Below are positions 17,842 to 29,581 of a stretch of 64,000 nt of DNA, piece after piece. The notes beneath the pieces are model-generated. The model ran no database searches. It was not told where the DNA came from and saw only the letters and a program-made list of their open reading frames with translations. Where the stretch lies: assembly GCA_963845755.1 (NCBI GenBank), contig CAWJTV010000031.1, forward strand, positions 160,001 to 224,000, in the 5' to 3' direction. The DNA is from an uncultured Planctomycetota bacterium (GTDB lineage: Bacteria; Planctomycetota; Planctomycetia; Isosphaerales; Isosphaeraceae). The position numbers and the translations under genes were made by a program. Each line of letters begins with the position of its first letter. The stretch's first letter is position 1.

Positions 17842-17906
17842 ATACAAACCCGCTTCGTCAGCGAGGGTAATGCCGTCGAACCTTCGCTGAAGCTACGGGT
17901 TCGTAT
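17842..17906. repeat. REP-like inverted repeat
   Basis: atacaaacccgcttcgtcagcgaggg ... ccttcgctgaagctacgggttcgtat: imperfect inverted arms in an intergenic region. Confidence 0.6.
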
Positions 17907-17948
17907 GAGTGTCCGGCTCATAGGCCCAGATTGGTGAATGATCTCTCG

Positions 17949-18009
17949 TGTAGGGCGAATGCAACCCATCATAACCCCAACTTGAATGGTGGGTTGCACC
18001 CATCCCACA
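17949..18009. repeat. REP-like inverted repeat (GTAG-type)
   Basis: tgtagggcgaatgcaacccatcat ... atggtgggttgcacccatcccaca, with a ~13-bp core stem between convergent genes. Confidence 0.6.
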
Positions 18010-18166
18010 AACCCGCAGGCGGGAGCAATTACCGATTTCGGCCGATGAGCCGCTTCTTCTTTCCCTCGCGCCCCGCCCGTTTTTCCGTGGCCTCTCGCTT
18101 GCGCTTCGACTTGGCTTGCCTTCGTTTCTTGTTCGACCTTGAAATCAGTTCCACAGTCTGCAACCG

Positions 18167-18922
18167 CTATTCGTCGCCATGCTGCGGCGGAGACTTGCCC
18201 ACGCGTTTGATTAAACGCGGGTACGTGACGGTCGGGATCGCTTTCTCGATCCGATCGATCTGAACCTGATGATACCATTCATCACCGGGGTCGAACCAGT
18301 AACCGAAGACACGGCCCTGCTTCAGATTCAGGTCGTCCAGCTTCGTCTGACCGGCGTCTCCTTCCGCTTTCTTCCGTGTTTGCGGACCGGGACCTCCATA
18401 ATTGGGTCCATCGGGATCGAACGGACGCTTGCCGAACTGGAATTCGTACTGAGAGTCGTCACGACGGTCATACGCCTGGAAGATGGCCTCATGCAGTTGT
18501 CCGAGTGTTTGGTCGCCTCGGATTTCGATCGCACGGCTGATTCGCGTGTTGGCGAACTTCTTACTGATTGGCCCACTCATCAAGAAGACCGAGACAACGT
18601 AGAGGTTCGTCGGAGGCGTTGCCGGGCCCTCGGCAGCGCGTCTCGGTTGGTCGGGAGAACGCGTCGGAGTCGTCGTCTGCTTGCGACTGTTCCAAGCCGG
18701 AATCTCGTCCTCAGGGACCAGAACCTGGAGCGAACGGGCCTGGCCGGGATGGCGCAGGATCAGCCCTTTCTTCTCGAGCATCTTCACCATCTGGTTCACC
18801 GAAGGCGGTGAGACGCAAAGGGCCGCCGCGATCTCCGATTCGGCAGGCGGGTATCCGTGCCGATTGATGTAGGCGAGAATGAACGAGAGATAACGACCTT
18901 GAGTCGGCGTGAAGTCAGCCAT
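18167..18922 (-). CDS. LexA/MarR-like HTH fused to a pRiA4b ORF-3-like domain
   Basis: N-terminal FTPTQGRYLSFI...GYPPAESEIAAALCVSPPSVNQMVKMLEKKGLI...ARSL; C-terminal RAIEIRGDQTLGQLHEAIFQAYD...GYWFDPGDEWYH...SPPQ. Confidence 0.82.
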   Translation of the reverse strand: MADFTPTQGRYLSFILAYINRHGYPPAESEIAAALCVSPPSVNQMVKMLEKKGLILRHPGQARSLQVLVPEDEIPAWNSRKQTTTPTRSPDQPRRAAEGPATPPTNLYVVSVFLMSGPISKKFANTRISRAIEIRGDQTLGQLHEAIFQAYDRRDDSQYEFQFGKRPFDPDGPNYGGPGPQTRKKAEGDAGQTKLDDLNLKQGRVFGYWFDPGDEWYHQVQIDRIEKAIPTVTYPRLIKRVGKSPPQHGDE

Positions 18923-19153
18923 AACATCGTTTCCGTCATGGGTGTGAGGCCAAGGTTGCGGTTTCCATGCTGGCTCGCCAATGACGCGATTCCACATCAT
19001 GAGAGCGACGGCTTCCCGAACGACCATTCAATAACGGATTCCAGTGTGCATGCGAATCGTCGAACGGCTTGAACGAGGAAAACGACCCGGCGTACATTGG
19101 GTTCTGCCGGTGACGTCAGAATCCCCATTCAAAGCTGCGCGGGTCGCCTCACG

Positions 19154-21840
19154 ATGCACGAACTGACAATCACACCACAAGGGCATCTCCTGGTTCGAGA
19201 AACGTCTCTCGATACTCCGGATCGGAAACTCTCGAAGGCGATGCTCGAGGCGTACCGTGAAAGTCCGGCCCGAGGAATGCTCTACTCTGCAAGTGCAGAG
19301 ATCGAAGCGGCGCTGCCGTCGTCTTTCGAGTTCGCACGATCGATCGCGCGCCTTTATCTCACGGACCTCTGCAAGGCCGCAACGGGCGAACCCGGCGAAT
19401 CCATCCCCGCACTCCCGCCTCCCGCGGCCGACCTCGAGCTTGCCATGAGGCAGGCGCCTCCGATGATCGGGCTGGAGTACCTGACACCGGAAGTCCTTTC
19501 GAATTGGTGGCAAGACCTCGATTCTCTCACACGGAGCGAAGTCGGAAAGCACTCCGGAGGAGCTCAAGGCTATCTGCGGGAGCGCAATCCTCATTGGCGT
19601 TTTGTCGGCCGTGTGACGTTTCATCTGGCCGAGAACAAGAGGGACCCCGAGTACCCGTTCGCGTTCCTGGCCACATTTGCCAACGGTCTGACACCGCAGG
19701 GAAAAGTGAAGCACGAACCGCTGGGGCGGGCGCTCCAGCAGTATGCCGGCGATCAGAACCGCGCGGCAATGCTGAATTTATTGCTCCCCATTTCGAAAGC
19801 CGCCGAATCCTCGGAATTGATTCGACGACTCGTCAACTCCGAGCAAATCTACCACCCCCTCGCGTGGACGCCGAGGGCTGCCTACGAATTCATCCAGGCG
19901 ATACCCCTCTTTGAATCCAGCGGTTTGATCGTACGGTTGCCAGACTGGTGGAATGCCCGGAAGCCGCTCCGGCCACTCGTCAGTGTGAAGATCGATTCGA
20001 AGAATTCGGCCGGCATCGGCGTCGATGCGATGATGCAATTCTCGATCGGCATGAGCCTCGAAGGAGAAACGCTCAGCCCCGATGAGATCGCTCGATTGCT
20101 CGAATCGACCGGGGGCCTGGTCCCGTTGAAAGGTAAGTGGGTCGAAGTGGATCCGGAGAAGTTGAAGCAAGCCCTCGAGCATTGGAAGGGCGTCGAGAAA
20201 GACGTCCGCCGGGAGGGTATCTCCTTCTTTGAAGGAATGCGTCTCCTCTCCGGAGCGAATCTCGCCCAAGAGGAAGACGGCAAGAGCCAGGCGGCGATTC
20301 GCGAATGGTCGGGTCTGACCGCCGGCGCCGAACTGGAGGAGATCCTCAAGGGCCTGCGTTCACCGGAGACCCGAAAGGAGAAGGCCCCCCCCGATTTGAA
20401 AGCGGACCTTCGCCCGTATCAGCAGACAGGCTACGCCTGGTTGCGATTCGTCGCTCGCCTGGGTCTGGGAGGCTGCCTGGCCGACGATATGGGCCTCGGC
20501 AAGACCGTGCAGGTGATCTCTCTGCTGCTCGATCTGAAGCGCGCAGGCCGAAGAACGCGAGCCTGCTCGTCGTGCCGGCGTCGCTGATCGCGAACTGGAA
20601 ATCCGAGCTGGCGAAGTTCGCGCCAAGTCTTTCTTTCGCCGTAGCCCATCCTTCGGAAGTGAAAGCAAGCACCGCTGAAGCCGGACTCGCGAATGCCGAC
20701 ACGTTCGATTTGATTATCACCACGTATGGCATGCTCGTCCGCACGGACTGGATCAAGCAGCATCGCTGGCAACTCGCGATCCTCGATGAGGCCCAGGCGA
20801 TCAAGAACTCCGGCACGAAGCAGACCCGAGCGTCGAAGGAATTGACCGCCGCCAGTCGGATCGCTATGACCGGCACGCCCGTCGAGAATCGCTTGTCGGA
20901 CCTCTGGTCGCTCTTCGATTTCTTGAACCCCGGATTGCTCGGATCCGCCAGGGAATTCAGCTCGTTCGTCAAACGCCTCCAGAACGCAGAGCCTCCCTCG
21001 TTCGAACCGCTGCGCAATCTCGTACGACCCTACATCCTGCGGCGGCTGAAGACCGACAAGCGGGTGATCTCCGATCTCCCGGATAAGACGGAGGTGAAAG
21101 CCTATTGTGCGCTGAGCAAGCACCAGGCTGCCCTTTACCAGTACGCAGTCGATGATCTCGCGGAGCAGTTGAAGGGTTCCGACGGGATCCAGCGTCGGGG
21201 GATCGTCCTGGCCCAACTGATGCGGCTGAAGCAGATTTGCAATCATCCCGCCCAGGTGGCCGGCACCAACGACTTCGCGGCCGAGCAGAGCGGCAAGTTT
21301 CGCCGGCTGGCGGAGATCGCCGAAGAGATCGCTTCCCGGCAGGAGAAGGTCCTCGTTTTCACGCAGTTTCGAGAGATCGCCGACCCGCTGGCTGGGTTCC
21401 TCGCCACGCTTTTCGGCCGATCCGGGTTGGTGCTCCACGGGGGGACGAGCGTCAAGAAGCGGAAGGAGTTCGTCGATCAGTTCCAACGCGAAGAGGGGCC
21501 GCCTTTCTTCGTATTGTCGCTGAAAGCGGGCGGCACCGGGCTGAACCTGACGGCGGCTTCGCACGTAATACACTTCGACCGCTGGTGGAACCCGGCGATC
21601 GAGAATCAGGCGACCGACCGCGCCTTTCGGATTGGCCAGAAGAAGAACGTGCTGGTCCATAAGTTCATCTGCCGGGGAACCGTCGAGGAACGGATCGACG
21701 AAATGATCGCGCGGAAAAGCCAGGTCGCAGGCGAAGCAATCGGTGGAGAAGACTCGGGCGAAGTCTTGCTGACAGAAATGGACAACGATACGTTACTGAG
21801 GTTCGTGAAGCTGGATTTGCACCAGTCGACCGCAGAGTGA
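19154..21840 (+). CDS. SNF2-family (SWI2/SNF2) helicase/ATPase; one frameshift near 20545
   Basis: LRPYQ and CLADDMGLGKT in one frame; LLVVPASL, LDEAQAIKN, TGTPVEN, SLKAGGTGLNLT and QATDRAFRIGQ in the next. Confidence 0.92.
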
Positions 21841-21868
21841 TGAGATTCGCGCAACGCAGGACACTCCA

Positions 21869-22708
21869 ATGGGCAGATACGACTACGATGATTACGGATG
21901 GAAGCCATATGTCCCCGTGGCTCAACGGCGGGCTCAGGCCGCGCAGGAAATGGCCAGGCGGGTCAAGAAAGGGCAAAAAGTTTGCCCGGTCCGGATTGAG
22001 CGCCGAACCATTACCTCGACGTTCTGGGGCAATGCCTGGTGTACAAACCTGGAGAGTTACAGCGACTTCGCCAATCGTCTGCCACGCGGGCGGACCTACG
22101 TTCGTAACGGGTCGGTCGTACACTTGACGATCGACAAGGGGCGGATCGAAGCCGTCGTGAGCGGATCGGAGCTGTACGAGGTCCGGATCGACATCGCCGC
22201 GCTACCCAAGCCAGCCTGGCAAGCCTTGAAGGTGCAGTCCGCGGGCAAGATCGGCACGCTGGTCGAACTGCTCCAGGGCAAGCTTTCGAAAGCGGTCATG
22301 GAGTTGGTGACGGATCGGGATCGGGGGCTTTTTCCGAAGCCGAAAGAGATCACGATGCGTTGCAGTTGCCCGGACTACGCGGGGATGTGCAAGCATGTGG
22401 CCGCGGTGATGTACGGAGTCGGAAATCGTCTCGATTCGTCGCCAGAGCTACTGTTCGTACTCCGGGGCGTGGATCACAAGGAATTGATCGAGCAGGCAAT
22501 CCCCACGACCCCGATCAAGGCCACGAGCAACGCCCCCACGATCGCGACAGACGATCTGGGAGCCATCTTCAATATCGAAATCGGCGACGCTCCGGTCGCG
22601 AAAGCCGACGCCAGGATCCGCGAGAAGCCGGCTTCGAAAAAAGTCGTGAAGAAGGCTTCGGCCGCGAAGAGAAAAGAAGTCCCATCAACTGCCAAGAAGA
22701 AGAAGTAG
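21869..22708 (+). CDS. SWIM zinc-finger protein (SNF2 partner)
   Basis: NRLPRGRTYVRNG and CSCPDYAGMCKH SWIM motif; Lys-rich C-terminal tail. Confidence 0.9.
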   Translation: MGRYDYDDYGWKPYVPVAQRRAQAAQEMARRVKKGQKVCPVRIERRTITSTFWGNAWCTNLESYSDFANRLPRGRTYVRNGSVVHLTIDKGRIEAVVSGSELYEVRIDIAALPKPAWQALKVQSAGKIGTLVELLQGKLSKAVMELVTDRDRGLFPKPKEITMRCSCPDYAGMCKHVAAVMYGVGNRLDSSPELLFVLRGVDHKELIEQAIPTTPIKATSNAPTIATDDLGAIFNIEIGDAPVAKADARIREKPASKKVVKKASAAKRKEVPSTAKKKK

Positions 22709-22815
22709 CTTGCCAGCCCGAGCCATTCTCAGCCTGTGTTTGTCTGGCAAGGCACGCCGCGAACAGACGGACCGGAGAGCCCAGGGTGAAGCCGAAGTTC
22801 GCGTGAGTCGCGGAG

Positions 22816-25270
22816 TTACCGCGACGAAGGTCGCTCCGAGGCGAGTCTGATCAGCTTCTCTTGGAGACCCGCGACCTTGAGGCGCGCTTCCGCGTTTCGG
22901 GGGTCGAGACGTAACGCGGTGCTAGCTTCGTACAGTGCCTTCCTCATCGCGTCTTCGATCGTCGCGTAGTCCTCGACTTTCCAGGCGTTTTTCGATTCCT
23001 GCTCCAAGGCCATGCACAGGACCAGGTGAAACGCCGCCTCATCAGGATCTCTTCGTGCTAGCGTCCTGGCGAAAACTGAGAGCCATGCTGCGGTCTGTCG
23101 GGCGTCGTCCAGGTGGCCCGCATAGCGTTGCTCCGCGGCCCAATCGGAGGCAATGCCGGCCATCTGAAAGGCCGCGGCGGGAAGCAAGGAGGGGACCACG
23201 CCGACCGCCACACATCTTGACTCGATGCCCGGATGACCGCATGGGCGTGGGCTTCCGGTTCGAGGCGACCCTTCGATACGCCGGTCGGATTTGAGCCGAA
23301 CAGAAACGGATGGACGTCGCCTGCAATCCATTGCGCTATTTTTCCCTGGAACAGTTGCGGGAGCTGTCCATTGGCCGGGAATCTCCGGATCGCGGCGCGG
23401 AGCTTTGCGCTCGCGTCGTCATCGGGGGCCAGGTCCAATCGGGCCAGCGTCGCAAGGAGGCCGAGCGCGGGGTCGCCACCGTCATGCTCGCTCGACGGCT
23501 CAAGGATACGAATGTGCGCCTCCAGTAGCCTCCGCCGCGGTTCTTCTTGCCTGCTCCGACCGAGCAGCGAGGCGATCGCTCGTCGCGATTCGTCGATCGA
23601 GACGATGACTTCCAGGTGTCGCGGGTCGTAGACAAAGCCTTCCAGTGCCTCCTCAGCGCGATGGAAACAGACCAGCGCCTCGTCGAAGCGTTGCTGAGTG
23701 TGCGCGACTCGACCGAGCTCAATCAACGCTTGCGCATACGCCGCGTTAACATCCGGGTCGATGGCGCCAAGTCTCGACGCTTCTAATAACTCCAGACTGT
23801 CCCTGAGCAACAGGCGTGATTCGGCGAACTTGCCGCGACGCCGGGAATCGATCGCCAATTGACGTTCGAGTTCACAGATCGCGACGAGGTTTGATGCGGC
23901 GAACCCCCGATGCCGACGCAGTTTCGCCGTGAGATCACGTACAGCCAGCGAAGTCCTCTCGAATCGCTCCGACACGAGCATTTGCGGCGCATCCACGGTC
24001 GTCGCCAGCAGGCTGACGAGATCGCGGACCGCACCGGACGTCGCTATGTCGCTCTCGATGACACGAGCGAGGGCATTTTCGGCCCGAACGCGCTCGACCT
24101 CAGAATGGCGCCAGAGTGTGAGCAATCCCACGAGGCTCGACGCCACCGTGAACGCGAGGAGGGCCAGGAGCGACGCGATCGCCGGCCGGCGCCGGCACCA
24201 TCGCCCGGCGTGTTCGAGCTTCGAGACCGGACGCGCCCGGATCGGGTACCCATCGAGCCAGCGCTGGAGGTCGTCCGCAAGCGCGCCGGCCGACGCATAT
24301 CGACGCCGTGGGTCTTTCCGCAGGCAAGTCAGGGCGATCGTTTCGAGGTCGCGTGCCAGATCGGGGACGAGCGTCCTCAACGGGGCCGGTTCACGGGTTC
24401 GCACCAGATCGAGCGTCTCGATCACCGACGCGGCCTGGAACGGAGGACGTCCGGTCAAGAGGCTGTACAGGGTGGCCCCGAGGGCAAAGACGTCGGATCG
24501 CGGACCGATCGCGGCGCGGTCGCCGGCAATCTGTTCCGGAGCCATGAACGACGGGGTACCCCGCACTCCGATCGGACCGGTCGTCGTCGAGCCCGGATCG
24601 TCGCCCGCCCGCGCAATTCCGAAGTCGGCGATCAGCGGCGTGACCTGATCCCACGGTCCGTCGGGCAGGCCGTCAAGCAAGATGTTCGAGGGTTTGATGT
24701 CGAGATGCAACATCCCCGCGCGATGGATCTGGTCGACGGCCCGCGCGACCGTCGCCATCAACCCGATCGCGACCCGAGCCGGCAAAGGGCCGCTGACGCG
24801 CTCCGCCAGGCTGCCCCCAGCGATCAGGTCGAGGACGAGGTAGAGACAGCCGTCTTGTTCGCCCGCGTCGTGGAGCCGGACGACGTTGGGATGGCGGACT
24901 CGCCCGATCGCCTGAGCCTCGCGTAGCCAGCGCCTGCGATCCTCCGCACCGATCCCGGCGCTCGCGCCGACGAGCTTGATGGCGACGTGGCGGGCCAGTT
25001 GCGGTTGCCACGCCCGATAGACGACCCCCATTCCACCTCGCCCAAGCACGCCCTCGATCACGAAACCGGGGATCGTGGGAGGGTGCGCGGCTCCGCCAGT
25101 CGTCCGGCTCCACGTCCCTCTGAGACGGACGCATCAGCGGCAAGCCGTTGGAGAACCTCCTGACAGTTTGCGCACATCTGGACATGAGCTTCCATGGTCG
25201 CGAAACGCGAACCGCTCGCCGAATCGCCTGCGAGCCGGCTGAGCGTCTCGGGTGTGGGACATGAGGACAT
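22816..25270 (-). CDS. Ser/Thr protein kinase (Hanks type) with TM and TPR-like C-terminus; frameshifts near 25065 and 23225
   Basis: N-terminal CP...HVQMCANC zinc-finger-like segment, LGRGGMG, VAIK, HLDIKPSN, DFG, GTPSFMAPE, DVFALG and a TM helix, spread over three ORF fragments. Confidence 0.85.
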
Positions 25271-25303
25271 GGGGGAAACCTCGTGGGCGATCTGAACGCT
25301 CGA

Positions 25304-25948
25304 TCAATCCCCGACCAGTCCGCCTTCTGGGTCATGCACCCACCGTTCGGCCAGGAGCCGTTGCCCCTCGTCTCTGAGCATCTGCCGCACCCGTTTCTGT
25401 GCCGCGAACGCGGCATAGTAAGAGATGCCCGCGGCCTCCGAAACCTCGCGCACAGATTGCCCGAGGACGGCGACGTTCCAGAAAACCTGCCACGTCCGTT
25501 CGTCGACCCGTCGCCGAACGGCGTCTTGGACCTGATTGGCCAGGTGGAGCAGGAGCGGGCGTTCCTCGGCAGCGTCTTCTTCGGCCTCGATCTCAGCAGG
25601 AGCTTCCGGCAACAACGACTCGACGGGCCGGTCGTCCAACGAAAGCACTGCGTCGGCAGTCATCTTCCGCAGCAGATCAATCGCCCGCGATTGGCACAAT
25701 CGGCGGAGCCACCCGCGAAACGTCTTACCGGGGTCGTAGCGGAAGGTGCGCATCCGTCGCGCCAGGTCGATCCAGACCCGCTGGGAAAGCTCATCGGCGT
25801 TCTCGGCGCTGAGCCGATATCGGCGGCAGGAGAGCCGGATCACCGGGTCATAACGTGTGACGAAATCGACCCACGCTTCGTGATCGCGCCAGTCGCCGAG
25901 GCGGTCCAGAAGCGTCGGATTTGTCGTGCCCGCATCGTAGCGGATCAT
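25304..25948 (-). CDS. ECF sigma-70 factor (planctomycete type)
   Basis: TNPTLLDRL...AWVDFVTRYDP...FRGWLRRL...VSEAAGIS...QKRV; directly upstream of a kinase gene. Confidence 0.9.
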   Translation of the reverse strand: MIRYDAGTTNPTLLDRLGDWRDHEAWVDFVTRYDPVIRLSCRRYRLSAENADELSQRVWIDLARRMRTFRYDPGKTFRGWLRRLCQSRAIDLLRKMTADAVLSLDDRPVESLLPEAPAEIEAEEDAAEERPLLLHLANQVQDAVRRRVDERTWQVFWNVAVLGQSVREVSEAAGISYYAAFAAQKRVRQMLRDEGQRLLAERWVHDPEGGLVGD

Positions 25949-26442
25949 CGGCGTGACCTCGGGTCTGGGGCGGCGATCCGGACAGGGCCGCCACGAGCCG
26001 CGTTAATACCCTTCGTATTCCTTGATGGGGAGGCTTAAGTTACTGACGTTGCGGATCGGCTTTTCTTGCATGTGGGCATCGTCGCCCGCCGGATTTCTAC
26101 CCGGAAGTGAATTCCTCCATGCAGGCGCAGTCGTACTCGTGACTTTACCAGGCTTGCGGGCACTCCAGCAAGATCCGGGCCCAGGAACATCGAGAGTGTC
26201 TCCCGGTGGCCTCATCGATGAGGATGAAAAACCGAGCCGCGTGCCCGTTACTGTTGCCCATTCCATGATTGGATTCGTCCCCATTCCCATGCCGGGATGA
26301 CCTTTCTGCACTGTTGAACCGCGACGGAGTAATCGACTTACATCAGGAAAGTCTCCTTGTTCAAGACACCCCGAGTCCTCGGCCTGGCAATGACTCTTGT
26401 CATGTTGCGGGCGCATTAGAGTCCCCCTGGAGAGCATCCGCC

Positions 26443-28540
26443 ATGCCTACAACAGACCGTGATCGAGCGACCGATGGATTGTCGAACTCCGATCCCCGCT
26501 CGGACGAACCGTCCGTCGCCCGCTCGGAGCCTGCTCCGATTGCCGTCCTGCCTCGCGCGTCTGTCGCCTCGGGGGCGGACAAGACTCCCTCGCGGCGCGG
26601 CCGGCGAACGCGGCGGCCGGAGAGGCTCCCGTCTCGCGTCCGATTCCGGCCCCAGGTCGGCCTCCTCGAACAGCGTGCCCTGCTGAGCGGATTCGCAGGT
26701 CAACATCAACCCCTACCTCAATTCCAACCTTAGAAATACGCGATGGGTCGTTTTACCCGATCGGAGGGACGAGCCTGACGGTTGGGGGAGTCGCGTTCAC
26801 TCTGGCGAACTATCCCGGTGGCGGGAAGGGGATCATCCAGACTCGCCTACCAATCGAACCCAAGCTCCTTCGACATGCCGGTCAACATTGTTAACCCGAC
26901 CACCGTCTACACCCTGATCAGACTCAATATGGGGCGTTTACGGGGATACGGTCGGCGCGGTCGAATTCAAGGCAACCGGTGGGCTAGACGACACGGTGAA
27001 TCTGGTGGAGGGGCAGGATATTCGCGATCATAACAACGACGATAAGCTCTCAATAATACGATCGGGCAGGGGGCCCTGGGAGGGATCTATGTCGGAACGG
27101 CGTCTTTCGGTGGAGGTCAGGTCCGCTTCGACGAACAAGGATTCACGCTGCCGTCAAGTTTCCAATCGTTGACCCTGACCGACATCATCTTGCATGGCTA
27201 TGGCAATTATCCCATCGGTAACCCGTTCCTCGCGGCAGCGACCGTGACCAGCAACCTGATCATCAACGGCGGGTTTGAACAACCGACTCCGCTGCCGAAC
27301 GACTGGGGAGAGGAGTTTGATGCGGGAAGTACCCTCATTCCCGGCTGGTCCGTCGTTTCGGGTTCCGTGGACATCCAATCGGCGAGTTGGTTCGATCCCG
27401 ATCAGGCTGCACAATCACTCGACCTGGATGGATCTCACCCGGGTTCGATCGAACAGTCGTTCGCGACGACGATCGGAACAAGCTATCAACTCTCATTTGC
27501 ATATGGTAACAACCCGGACCAACGCGGGACGTTTGATGGGCCGCAAACAGCCGATGTGACGGTGACCGATTCCGGTGGGTTGATTTTGCTGAGCTCGACG
27601 ATCACGCACACAGGCTCGACGCCGACTGTTATGAATTATCGAATATTCACGGAGACTTTCGTCGCGGACACGACGAGAACAACTCTGAAATTCACGTCCA
27701 CCGATCCATTTTCCAGCAACAACGGAATCGCACTTGACGCCGTCTCAGTCAGCCCCACGTCGACTCCGACACCGACGCCCTCACCCACGCACGCCGACGC
27801 CGACGCCGACTCCAACGCCTACACCGATTCCGATACCCATCCCCGTGAGTCCGATTGGTGGACCGGTTGCGACGCGAACCTTCCTGACAGCAAAGCCCAG
27901 GCCGGCGAACCTCGGGCGACCGGTCACGCTGACCGCCACTGTCAAGGATCTCAGACACCGTGGTCCGACTCCGATCGGTTACGTCACGTTCCTGGACGGG
28001 ACGCTCAACCTGGGTACAGTCGCTCTTCGCCACGGCAAGGCGAGCCTCAGGACCTCGAACCTGCATCTCGGCCCGAATCCAATCCAGGCCGATTACACGC
28101 CGAGCCATGGCTTCGCTCCCAGCGCCGCGGCCATCATCGAGAACGTCAGGGCGCATCGATCAAGGAGCAAGACCACGCCAGATGCGGAGACCGGCAGACG
28201 CCCGGTACCCTCGACGTACATGGCGGTTCGCTTCGGCGGAGTCGCCGCGATTCCCGTCGGCGCCGTCTCGATCGTAGGCGGACCCACCGTGCTCGGATTG
28301 ATTGGGCCCGACCAGGGCAGGGCGGCACGGAGCGACGGCATCGCCGCGGCAACTCGTCAAATCCGTACGGAGACCTCGGGAAGCGACAATGGTGGCCTCG
28401 ACAGGGCGTTCCGGCGCAAGCCGGCTGTAAACCAATCGATCCCGGCGGCCTTGAACGTCGCGGGGATGCGGCCGACACCCGATGTCGTTCAAGGGCGGAA
28501 ACCGACACGTAATTTGGGGGCGGAAACCGGGACGCAATGA
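26443..28540 (+). CDS. Planctomycete extracellular protein with DUF642-like domain, Thr-Pro linker and Ig-like domain; several frameshifts
   Basis: RR..R..RFRPQVGLLEQRALLS motif; NLIINGGFE...PGWSV...SLDLDG...IEQSFATTIGTSYQLSF...ALDAVSV; TPTP repeat; GRPVTLTATV...GYVTFLDG...LGTVAL...IQADY. Confidence 0.7.
27755..27845 (+). repeat. Degenerate hexanucleotide tandem repeat encoding a (Thr/Ile-Pro)n linker
   Basis: acgccg/actccg/acaccg/attccg units. Confidence 0.7.
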
Positions 28541-28625
28541 GCTCGCCCAGGAGCCAGATCCGCCGATTACTCTGAATTCCAGATTGGCGTGTACGTTCTT
28601 GGCTTCCGTGGATGACGATGCAATC

Positions 28626-29489
28626 TCACTTCTTCACCATGTCATCAGCAAACTCAAACAACGCCCTCGTCGAGGCGTCATCGGGCAGGCCGAGGTTGTC
28701 GTTTATCTTGGAGTGTTCCGTATCCTTGGCTCCGAAGAGTTTCGCGGCGATGCCGGCTTCGTTGAGCACGGAACCGAGACGCTTGGCTTGCGCGCTGGTG
28801 TCGGGATGATCGGCGACGTAAAGGAGCAGAAAGGGCGAAATGCCTTTATCGCGAGCGACGTGGTTGACGGCCGAAAAATCCCGGTGCTTCACCGGATCGC
28901 TGCCGAACTTCTCGTAATGGCCGAATTTCGGATCGGGCTGGCCGAGGGCCTTGCGACGAGCGGCGCCCGTTTCGATCATGAGCGGCACGTCGTAGGTGTC
29001 GCCGTCGACGGGCACGCAGCCTTTGATGATTGCCAGCGACAGCCCCTCGGCCTTCAGGTAGCGGTCGTCGGTGCATATCAACGCCGCGAGCTGGGCACCC
29101 GCGGAATGGCCCATGATGAGCAGGCGTCTTGGATCGCCACCATACTCGGCGATGTGGTCGTGAACCCAGTGAATGGACTTTGCAATGTCGCGGACTATGG
29201 TTCCCATATCGACGTTCGGCAGGAACCGATAGTTCGTTGAGACAAAAACGAAACCCTTGTCCGTAAAGGCCTTCGGCTTGGCTTGCACGCTCGTCTTGTC
29301 CCCCGCTTGCCAGCCGCCGCCGTGGATCCAAAAGATCACGGGCCGGTCCTTCCCGTTTTCAGGCGCGTAGACATCGAGCATCTGACGTTCGTTCGCGGGC
29401 GCGGCGTACGGGATGTTGCGCCTGACGTTCTCCGCATGGGCCTCGGCCACAAAAGATAGAATAATAATAATGTACGTAAATTTTTTCAT
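28626..29489 (-). CDS. Secreted alpha/beta hydrolase (HSL-type carboxylesterase)
   Basis: Signal peptide ...AEAHA; LDVYAP, IHGGGW, GHSAG nucleophile motif and a C-terminal His. Confidence 0.9.
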   Translation of the reverse strand: MKKFTYIIIILSFVAEAHAENVRRNIPYAAPANERQMLDVYAPENGKDRPVIFWIHGGGWQAGDKTSVQAKPKAFTDKGFVFVSTNYRFLPNVDMGTIVRDIAKSIHWVHDHIAEYGGDPRRLLIMGHSAGAQLAALICTDDRYLKAEGLSLAIIKGCVPVDGDTYDVPLMIETGAARRKALGQPDPKFGHYEKFGSDPVKHRDFSAVNHVARDKGISPFLLLYVADHPDTSAQAKRLGSVLNEAGIAAKLFGAKDTEHSKINDNLGLPDDASTRALFEFADDMVKK

Positions 29490-29581
29490 GTTTGGATTCA
29501 CTTCCCGCCATTGTAAAGTCGTAACCGACGATTCCCGGTTGACCGCCGAGACCGAGCGGTTTGGTCAAATGTACTCTATGC

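Noticed and set aside
29450..29505. AT-rich patch (ataataataa...ttttttcat) in GC-rich DNA
   Set aside because: It encodes the Ile/Lys-rich signal peptide and translation start of the hydrolase.
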